NCBI GenBank assembly: GCA_963713825.1
Contig: CAVQNG010000014.1
Location: forward strand, 96,001-160,000
DNA: 64,000 bases
Source: an uncultured Acidobacteriota bacterium
GTDB taxonomy: Bacteria > Acidobacteriota > Thermoanaerobaculia > Multivoradales > JAHEKO01
Direction of reading: 5' to 3'
Made by a program: the position numbers and the translations under genes. Shown one piece after another: positions 19,351 through 26,990 of the stretch. A model generated the notes under the pieces. The model ran no database searches, was not told where the DNA came from, and worked only from the letters and a program-made list of their open reading frames with translations. How positions within the stretch are numbered: the first letter of the stretch is position 1; each line of letters begins with the position of its first letter.

Positions 19351-21084
19351 CTAGAGCTTCTCGATCTCGACCTGCAGTCCCGCCAACGAGTCCTTCGACT
19401 CTCCGAGCGCGCTGTCGAGCTCTTCTAGCTTCTCGCGCTCTGCCCTGACGAATCGCGTATAGGGACCGATCGCCTCTTCGATGCGGTGACGGGCGCGCTC
19501 GACCTCCCGATCGAACTGCTCGGTCAGGGAGCTCATGAGCTTCTCCCGGAGCACGAGGATCTTCTTGCTGAGCTCCTTCTTGGCTCTCTTGCGGCGAGCC
19601 GGCAACACGAACAGGCCCAGCAGAGCGAGTGTTCCGGCTGCCATCAATCCGGTGACGTCGGCCAGCTGGGTGGTGGCCATCAGTGTGATGATGGCTCCGA
19701 GCCCGAGGGCGCTGACCTCGATGATGGCAGTGCCAGCGACGGCGGTTCGCACGGATTCGGCCATGCGATCGATCTCCGCCACCCGACTGTAGCCATCCAC
19801 TGCATCCTGGGCGGCCCTGCCGACAGTCTCCAGGAGGGTCTGGCGATCGTATTCGAAGGTGCCCATCTCTCCAACCAGTTTGCTGTCGTGCTCGACCCGC
19901 CTCTTGGAGAGGCTTTCGGAGACCCCTTTCCACTGGCGCAGCTCCGCCTCGACCATCCAGTCGATGATCTCGTTGACCTTCGTCTCGATCTGCTGTGGCG
20001 CCCGCCCAATGACCTGGCGTTCGAAGTCGGCCTTGATCTTGGCCTTGTTCATCAGGTCGAAGGCTCGGGGCAGCCGCAGCGTCTCATCGAAGTACTCCAT
20101 GCCGCGGCGCTCGAACTCGAGCAGGATGTTGTCGACATCGGTGAGGCGGTAGCGAAACTCGCGGGCCATGTCCTGCCCATAGAGGTCGAGTTGGCGCTCG
20201 ACATGGTCGATGGCTTCAAAGTCCTCGGCCAGGACCTCCAACCGGCTCACCGTGGCATCGGAGTAGGTCTCCGCGAGATGCCGGCCGACGCCGAGAGGAT
20301 TGAGGAGTTTCAACCGGATGCGCTCTGTTTCATCGAGCGTCTCCAGGAGGAAGCTCTCCAGAGAGGGTAGGCGGCTGTGGGCGAGAAGCTCCTCGTCCAC
20401 TGTGGGCCGCAGCTTCGCACTGAGCGCCTGTTGGGAAGAGACCGGGAAGACTTCGGAAGCGAACCCCAGAAGGCGTTCACCGTTCTCTCTCACGTAGTCG
20501 ACGACTTGCTCGAGGTCTTCCTGACTCCGCAGGATGTCGATTTTGTTGACGACGAAGACCAGTTTCTTGCCCCACTGACGAATCCCGTTCATGAAGTTCC
20601 GTTCGCTCTCGGTGAAGGGGCGATCGGCAGAGGTCACGAACAGCACGAGGTCGGCTCGCGGCACGAAATCGGAGGTGATGGCCTCGTGATCCCGGTCGAG
20701 GGCGTTCGTACCGGGTGTGTCGACGATGTGCACCTCATCGAGGATCTCGACTGGTGCGGTGATCTCTTCAATGCCCTCTTCACCGACCGAATCGCCGTTG
20801 GCTTCGCCGTACTTGAGATGGTGAATGCGGGTGGTGGTCGGTGTGACGCCGTCCGGCAGCACCTGGCGCCCCAGCAGGGCGTTGATAAAGGTGCTTTTGC
20901 CAGCGTTGAACTCGCCTACGACAACGAGCAGAAACAGGTCGTCGAGCTGGCGAATCGAGCGCTCGAGAGTCCTTTGATCTTCTCGGCTGGCAGCAGAGCG
21001 CACCAGGGAGACGTGCAGATCACCGAGGAGGCGACGCTCCTCGATCAGTAGCTCGGTCTGATGTTTGTCGAGAATCTTCTGCAT
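19351..21084 (-). CDS. Bacterial dynamin-like GTPase (FZL/mitofusin-like)
   Basis: GEFNAGKS, PTT, DTPG, NKID; two C-terminal hydrophobic helices and coiled coils. Confidence 0.9.
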   Translation of the reverse strand: MQKILDKHQTELLIEERRLLGDLHVSLVRSAASREDQRTLERSIRQLDDLFLLVVVGEFNAGKSTFINALLGRQVLPDGVTPTTTRIHHLKYGEANGDSVGEEGIEEITAPVEILDEVHIVDTPGTNALDRDHEAITSDFVPRADLVLFVTSADRPFTESERNFMNGIRQWGKKLVFVVNKIDILRSQEDLEQVVDYVRENGERLLGFASEVFPVSSQQALSAKLRPTVDEELLAHSRLPSLESFLLETLDETERIRLKLLNPLGVGRHLAETYSDATVSRLEVLAEDFEAIDHVERQLDLYGQDMAREFRYRLTDVDNILLEFERRGMEYFDETLRLPRAFDLMNKAKIKADFERQVIGRAPQQIETKVNEIIDWMVEAELRQWKGVSESLSKRRVEHDSKLVGEMGTFEYDRQTLLETVGRAAQDAVDGYSRVAEIDRMAESVRTAVAGTAIIEVSALGLGAIITLMATTQLADVTGLMAAGTLALLGLFVLPARRKRAKKELSKKILVLREKLMSSLTEQFDREVERARHRIEEAIGPYTRFVRAEREKLEELDSALGESKDSLAGLQVEIEKL

Positions 21085-21118
21085 GGCGAGAAGGGTCGAG
21101 GAAAAGATAGCACGGGGC

Positions 21119-22315
21119 TCACTCCTCCAAGGCCTGCTGATCGTTCTCCAGACTGGAGAGGGCCACTTCACGCAGCGCAGCAATCTCTTCGTCGGTGGCT
21201 GAGCGCCACAGTCGCTTCTGCCGCCGGCGCTCGATGGAAGCCGGCGAATAGCGAATGGAGGTCACCAGCTTGCCGGCCCGGTTGAACACGTGAGCGCGAC
21301 CCCGCTCACCAAGCACGATCAGGGTTCTTCTGCGGGTGTCGAAGAGGAGATCCTCGTCGCTGGCTGCGGCTAGATCCGACAGAGCCTTCCAGGTGGGTCG
21401 GTCTCTTTGACGGTGCCGATGTTCAGCGTGGCCGGTTCGACGGCGCCTGGACCGATCCCGCCTTTCGAGGCGACGGGCCAGCCCAGAGAGGAGGCCCTGA
21501 ATTCTCTCGTCGAGTTGGCCCTCGTCGATGGTGCGGGCTCTCGCCACGGTGTGCTCGATCTGGCGTAAGGCCTCCTGTGCCCAGCGGGCGGATCGCATCC
21601 AAGGCAACTCGCCGGTGCGGTCGAAGAGATTTTCGAGCGGCTGATCGTCTGGAGCGACACCGATGAGGTTGAGGCCGAACCGGCGTTGCCCCTTCGGGGG
21701 CTGGGAGGAGACGATCTGGAAAGTCAGGGCCAGCGTCTCTTCCAATCCGCGGATGGTGGGGAAGGAATACCAGCCTGCCGCGACTTGACCGTGGATGTGA
21801 TAGCCGGAGTCGGCGTCCTGGAAGGCAGGGAGCAGGTGACTCGTCAGCTCCGGTCCCGAGGTGGTGTGCGCGATCAGTCGGCGCGGAGTCTTGTAGAGCT
21901 GATCGACCCTGGGGTCCTTTTGCTCCAGCAACCACTGGCCGAAGTCCAGGAATCGGGGCAATCCACTTGGACCGTAACCGGCAAAGACCTCCTGTCCGGT
22001 TGCTGGTATCGAGTGGTCGCAGGCTGCACTGGCACAGCGCAGACAGTAGAGATGCCCCGGAAGAAAGACCGAGCGATGCACGAGGATCTCGTTCAGGCCG
22101 TGGCTCAAGGCGTCAGCCGCGTCGTCTCGGGCGTTCTCCAGCCAGCCTTTGCGCTGGTGAATTGGGACTTGGAGTCGCACCTCGAGCGTCTCGTCTCCGC
22201 CTTCGAGCAGATGTCCCGACGGGTGTCGTCGGATTCGGCTGCCGATCTCCTTGGCCAGCAACCGGAGGGCCAGGGAGAGCGTGTCCTTGTCGGGGCTGTC
22301 GGAGCGACCGGCCAT
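21119..22315 (-). CDS. Hypothetical protein with CxxC-x4-CxH motif
   Basis: 398-aa ORF in the same orientation, 35 bp upstream of the dynamin; YCLRCASAACDH. Confidence 0.7.
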   Translation of the reverse strand: MAGRSDSPDKDTLSLALRLLAKEIGSRIRRHPSGHLLEGGDETLEVRLQVPIHQRKGWLENARDDAADALSHGLNEILVHRSVFLPGHLYCLRCASAACDHSIPATGQEVFAGYGPSGLPRFLDFGQWLLEQKDPRVDQLYKTPRRLIAHTTSGPELTSHLLPAFQDADSGYHIHGQVAAGWYSFPTIRGLEETLALTFQIVSSQPPKGQRRFGLNLIGVAPDDQPLENLFDRTGELPWMRSARWAQEALRQIEHTVARARTIDEGQLDERIQGLLSGLARRLERRDRSRRRRTGHAEHRHRQRDRPTWKALSDLAAASDEDLLFDTRRRTLIVLGERGRAHVFNRAGKLVTSIRYSPASIERRRQKRLWRSATDEEIAALREVALSSLENDQQALEE

Positions 22316-22518
22316 GACCTGATGCTATCGGAATGCGAGGTGAATCTCGGTCCGTCGGCTGGCAGGGGCGCCAGCCGCTTCAGGTCAGGTTGCGGGACTC
22401 GTTTGCCGGGTGATAGTGGTTCAGGGGTGGAAGACGACCTAACAAAGTCCGCTGGTTTGCGTATACAGTTTTGAAGCCGAATGTAGTCGATGGAGGAGGC
22501 TCTTCGGAGGGGAGATCC

Positions 22519-24789
22519 ATGTTTCAGCGTCGTTACCTGATCTTGGTCGTCGTTTGCCTGATGGGTTGGACACCCTTGTTCGCTCAAGAGGATTCCGAAG
22601 CGGGCGAAGTCGTTACCAAGGAGAAGATCGTCTACGAGCTGCGAGCGGCGACTTCCGAGGTGAAGGTGGACGGGATTCTGGATGAGCAGGCCTGGCAGGA
22701 CGCGGCGGTTCTCCCCGTGAAGTTCGAGTGGTTCCCTGGCAACAATCTAGAACCACCGGTCGAGACCGAGGTGCTGGTCACGTTCGGTGAACGGGCTCTT
22801 TACGTCGCATTTCGTGCGTTCGATCCCAATCCTGAGCAGATTCGGGCGCATTTGATGGACCGCGACCAGATCAACACCTTTGTCCAAGACGACTACGTCA
22901 TCGTGCAGCTGGATACCTTCAACGATGGGCGCAGGGCGTTCCAGTTTCGGGTCAACCCTCTGGGCGTCCAGGCCGACGCCTTCAGCAGCGAGGTGGAAGG
23001 GATCGAAGACTGGTCTTGGGACATGATCTGGGATTCGAAGGGGCGAATTACCGCCGACGGCTATGAAGTGGAGATCGCGTTTCCCTTCAACCAGCTGCGA
23101 TTTCAATCGACACAGGAAGTCCAGACCTGGGGCATCGACGTCGGTCGGTCGTATCCCCGAAGCAGTCGGCACCGCATGAACAACGCGGGTCGGGACCGCA
23201 ACCTGAGCTGCGTCATCTGCCAGTTCAACAAGGTCACGGGCTTGCAGGGACTGAAGCCGGGTCGCAACTTGGAGTTCGATCCGACGGTGACCGCTTCTCG
23301 CACGGATGAGTTGGATGAGTTCCCCGACGGCAGTCTGGAGGATGGCGAGGAGGACGTCGAGGCTGGGATCACGGTCCGTTGGGGCATCACCCCAAGCCTG
23401 GTGCTCACCGGCACCCTCAACCCGGACTTCTCACAGGTCGAGGCCGATGTGGCGCAGCTGGCCATCAACGAGCGATTCGCTCTCTTCTACGAAGAGAAGC
23501 GCCCCTTCTTCCTTGAAGGCGTCGACGTCTTTGCGACGCCGATCAATGCCGTTTACACCAGAACGGTGGTTGCTCCCGATTGGGGCCTCAAGCTGACGGG
23601 CAAGCAGAAGCGCAACGCCATAGGGCTTTTCGCGGCCGAGGACACGGTCAATGTTCTCCTGTTTCCCTCTAACCAGAGGACCGATTCGACACTGCTGGAC
23701 GAATCGGTCACCAGTGGTGTGCTGCGCTACCGCAGGGATGTCGGAGCCAATTCCTCTCTCGGAGTGATCTACACCGGCAGGGAAGGCGAGGATGACTACC
23801 ACAATCGGGTAGGCGGCATCGATGGTCTGTTTCGAATCGGCGACAAGGACACCATCGTGTTTCAGTACCTATACTCGGACACTCGTTACGCAGACGCTGT
23901 CGCCGAGGAGTTCGGACAGCCCCAAGAGGCTTTCACCGACGATGCGATCCAGCTGTCCTACACCCATGATTCGAACAAGTGGTACTGGGAGTTCGAGTAC
24001 GAGGACCGTGGCCCCGGATTTCGTCTCGATAGCGGCTTCGTGCCTCGCGTCGACACCAAAGAGGCGGATGCCTTCATCATGCGACGCTTCTGGGCTCCGG
24101 AGGAAGACGACTGGTACAACCGCTGGGATGTGATCGTCAGGGGCGAGCGGACCGAAGACCATGAAGGTCAGCTGACGGACGAAGATTTCGAGATCATCGG
24201 AAGGCTCTTTGGACCCCTACAATCCATCGTCACCGGTTCTGTGGGTCGACGCAAGGAGTATTTCGAAGGCGTTCTGTACGAGGATCTCGACTTCGGGGAA
24301 CTGGGCATCGAGATTCAGCCCAGCGGCGCCATCAAGCTCGAGTTCTACGGTATCAAGGGCGATGGAATCGACTTCGCCAACAACCAACCGGCCGATAACA
24401 CCTTTCTCAATCCCGCCCTCGAGGCGAAGCTGGGCCGCCACGTCAATGTCCGGCTGGATCACACCCTGCAGCAGCTGGACGTCGAGGGAGGCAAGCTGTT
24501 CGAAGCCAACCTGAGCCAGCTGAGGCTGATCTACAACTTCAATGTGCGGACCTTCGTTCGCGGCATCTTCCAATGGCAAGACATCGAGCGCAATCCCGAT
24601 CTCTACACCTTCGAGGTGGAACCCACAACCGAGACCCTCTTCACACAGCTGTTGTTCTCCTACAAGTTGAATGCGAGAACAGTGCTCTTTGCCGGCTACT
24701 CGGACAACCACCTCGGAGTCGAGAACGTCGATCTCACCCAGACCAACCGCACCTTCTTCTTCAAGATCGGTTACGCCTGGATTCTGTAG
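22519..24789 (+). CDS. CBM9-like / DUF5916 outer-membrane protein
   Basis: Signal peptide, VDGILDEQAW, NPDFSQVEAD, EKRPFFLEG; beta-barrel C-terminus ending FFKIGYAWIL. Confidence 0.85.
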   Translation: MFQRRYLILVVVCLMGWTPLFAQEDSEAGEVVTKEKIVYELRAATSEVKVDGILDEQAWQDAAVLPVKFEWFPGNNLEPPVETEVLVTFGERALYVAFRAFDPNPEQIRAHLMDRDQINTFVQDDYVIVQLDTFNDGRRAFQFRVNPLGVQADAFSSEVEGIEDWSWDMIWDSKGRITADGYEVEIAFPFNQLRFQSTQEVQTWGIDVGRSYPRSSRHRMNNAGRDRNLSCVICQFNKVTGLQGLKPGRNLEFDPTVTASRTDELDEFPDGSLEDGEEDVEAGITVRWGITPSLVLTGTLNPDFSQVEADVAQLAINERFALFYEEKRPFFLEGVDVFATPINAVYTRTVVAPDWGLKLTGKQKRNAIGLFAAEDTVNVLLFPSNQRTDSTLLDESVTSGVLRYRRDVGANSSLGVIYTGREGEDDYHNRVGGIDGLFRIGDKDTIVFQYLYSDTRYADAVAEEFGQPQEAFTDDAIQLSYTHDSNKWYWEFEYEDRGPGFRLDSGFVPRVDTKEADAFIMRRFWAPEEDDWYNRWDVIVRGERTEDHEGQLTDEDFEIIGRLFGPLQSIVTGSVGRRKEYFEGVLYEDLDFGELGIEIQPSGAIKLEFYGIKGDGIDFANNQPADNTFLNPALEAKLGRHVNVRLDHTLQQLDVEGGKLFEANLSQLRLIYNFNVRTFVRGIFQWQDIERNPDLYTFEVEPTTETLFTQLLFSYKLNARTVLFAGYSDNHLGVENVDLTQTNRTFFFKIGYAWIL

Positions 24790-24819
24790 CAGCAGCCTGG
24801 ACTCTGTACCTGGGAGGAA

Positions 24820-25362
24820 ATGATGAATGAAGCCGAGCTGCTGAGTCGTCGGGAGATCTTCAAAGGCCGGGTCGTGGATCTGTCTGTCGACCAGGTGAGG
24901 ATGCCGAACGGCAAATCTACCGAGCTAGAGGTCATCCGGCACCCCGGAGCAGCGGCCATGGTCCCGTTGACGGACTCGGGAGAAGTTCTCCTGGTGAGGC
25001 AATACCGCTACGCGACGGGTGGCTGGCTGGTCGAGGTGCCAGCTGGCAAGCTCGATGAGGGAGAGGCTCCGGAGGTCTGCGCCGCTCGAGAGCTCGAGGA
25101 GGAAGTGGGGATGAAACCGGCCGAGGTGCTTTCTCTCGGCTGGATCTGGACCACGCCGGGCTTCACCGACGAGAGGATCTGGCTATACCTGTGCCGGGGT
25201 TTGAGCCCTGCCCAGCAGGACCTGGAAGACGATGAAGTGCTGACCGTCGAGTCCAGGTCACTACCTGAAGCCATCGAGATGGTCCACCGCGGTGAGATCT
25301 GTGATGGCAAGTCGGTCTGTGCTCTGTTGCGGGCTGCCGAGTTTCTGCACGGCGAAGGCTGA
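24820..25362 (+). CDS. nudF: NUDIX hydrolase (ADP-ribose pyrophosphatase-like)
   Basis: Nudix box GKLDEGEAPEVCAARELEEEVG; QYRY; TPGFTDE. Confidence 0.88.
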   Translation: MMNEAELLSRREIFKGRVVDLSVDQVRMPNGKSTELEVIRHPGAAAMVPLTDSGEVLLVRQYRYATGGWLVEVPAGKLDEGEAPEVCAARELEEEVGMKPAEVLSLGWIWTTPGFTDERIWLYLCRGLSPAQQDLEDDEVLTVESRSLPEAIEMVHRGEICDGKSVCALLRAAEFLHGEG

Positions 25363-25367
25363 AATTC

Positions 25368-25400
25368 AAGGCACGGCGGGCCATGGGCCCGCCGTGCTTT
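25368..25400. terminator. Hairpin between convergent nudF and osmC
   Basis: GCACGGCGGGCC-ATG-GGCCCGCCGTGC followed by TTT. Confidence 0.7.
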
Positions 25401-25428
25401 CCAATTCGTATGACCTCCGAGCTGCTCG

Positions 25429-25857
25429 TCAGCTCACCAGCTGGGCGTCGAGTGAAATGTCGACGCCGGCCAGCGCCTGGGAGACCGGGCAGCCGGCCTT
25501 GGCTCCAGCGGCGATCTCCTGAAAAGCCGCATCATCGATCCCAGGCACGCTCGCCTGGCAGGTCAGCTGAATGCGGGTGATCTTGAAGCCTTCGCCGACC
25601 TTCTCCAGGTGGGCCTTGGCCGAGGTTTCGACCCGTTCTGGGTTGAAGCCAGACTTGGTGAGGCCCCCGGAAAGGGCCATCGAGAAACAGCCTGCGTGGG
25701 CCGCGGCAATCAGTTCTTCGGGGTTGGTTCCGGGGTCTTCCTGGAACCGGGAGCCGAACGAGTACTTTCCCTCGTAGGCACCGCTCTGCATCTTCATGGT
25801 GCCATTGCCTTCCTTCAGGGTGCCGTTCCAGACGGCACTTGCTTTGCGTACGGGCAT
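25429..25857 (-). CDS. osmC: OsmC peroxiredoxin
   Basis: GTNPEELIAAAHAGCFSMAL, AKAGCPVSQAL. Confidence 0.95.
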   Translation of the reverse strand: MPVRKASAVWNGTLKEGNGTMKMQSGAYEGKYSFGSRFQEDPGTNPEELIAAAHAGCFSMALSGGLTKSGFNPERVETSAKAHLEKVGEGFKITRIQLTCQASVPGIDDAAFQEIAAGAKAGCPVSQALAGVDISLDAQLVS

Positions 25858-25916
25858 GGTATTCCTCCTGTCGTCAGTGATTTGGGTCAGGGTCGTGCGC
25901 CTGACCTGGCTTGATT

Positions 25917-26948
25917 CTACTTGTAGATCTGGATGGTGGGGTTGCCATCCGCGTGCACATAGCCCCGGTACATACCTGCCGTGTTGAAGGGCATGGAGCT
26001 CTGTCCACGCCCGTCGAGGGTGATGACTCCGCCCGTGCCGCCAGCGGCTGGCAAGACTTCGAAGATCACCTCCTTGGCCGCTTCTTCGACAGTGATTCCG
26101 AGATAGCGGGCGCGAGCGCAGATGTCGGAAGCCACGGCGAAACGAATGAAATACTCGCCATGTCCTGTTGCCGAGACTGCGCAGTCCTGGTCGGCCCACG
26201 TACCCGCACCGATGATGGGCGTGTCGCCGATACGTCCGAAGCGCTTATTGGTCATGCCTCCCGTCGAAGTGGCTGCCGCCAGGCGGCCCTGTTGGTCCAG
26301 GGCCAGAGCGCCAACCGTACCCAGATAGAGCCTCGAGGCATCTTTCGAAATGTCGCCAGTCTTCGCTGCCGTCTCTTCTTCTCGTGCCTTCTCGAGCTGC
26401 TTCCATCGTCGCTCCGTGTAGAAGTACTCGGGTTCAGCCAACTCCAGGCCCTGAGAGACGGCGAAGGTGTCGGCTCCGGCACCAGCCAGCATGACGTGCT
26501 CCGTGTGCTCCATGACGGCTCTGGCTGCGGTGATGGGGTTCTTGACCCGGGTCACAAAGGCGACGGCTCCAGCTTTGCCGGTGGCGCCATCCATGATGGC
26601 CGCGTCCATCTCGTTGCGGCCGTCCGCCGTAAAGACAGCGCCCTTGCCGGCGTTGAACAAGGGTGAGTCTTCGAGGATCTTGATGACCGCGACCACCGAG
26701 TCCAGGCTACTGCCCCCTGTCTGCAGGACCTCTTGCCCGGCGAGCAGGGCTTCCTTCAGCTTGGCTCGAAACTGCTCTTCCAACTCCGGGGTCATCTGCC
26801 CCTTGACGATGGTACCGGCGCCACCGTGGATCACCAGGGCCGTAGCTGGGGTCGAGTCTGCTGCCAGAACTTCGGCAGCAAAGCCGTCGAATACAGAAGC
26901 GAACAGTAGACAGGCAAGGACAATGCGAACCGGTGTCGAGGTCTTCAT
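25917..26948 (-). CDS. iaaA: Isoaspartyl peptidase / L-asparaginase (Ntn hydrolase), exported
   Basis: IHGGAG, LEDSPLFNAGKG, GTVGALA, TSTGG, GRIGDTP, ATGHGE; signal peptide. Confidence 0.92.
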   Translation of the reverse strand: MKTSTPVRIVLACLLFASVFDGFAAEVLAADSTPATALVIHGGAGTIVKGQMTPELEEQFRAKLKEALLAGQEVLQTGGSSLDSVVAVIKILEDSPLFNAGKGAVFTADGRNEMDAAIMDGATGKAGAVAFVTRVKNPITAARAVMEHTEHVMLAGAGADTFAVSQGLELAEPEYFYTERRWKQLEKAREEETAAKTGDISKDASRLYLGTVGALALDQQGRLAAATSTGGMTNKRFGRIGDTPIIGAGTWADQDCAVSATGHGEYFIRFAVASDICARARYLGITVEEAAKEVIFEVLPAAGGTGGVITLDGRGQSSMPFNTAGMYRGYVHADGNPTIQIYK

Positions 26949-26990
26949 GATGAGACTGTTTATCACAACAGAGCGGTAAGATCCCCCTCC

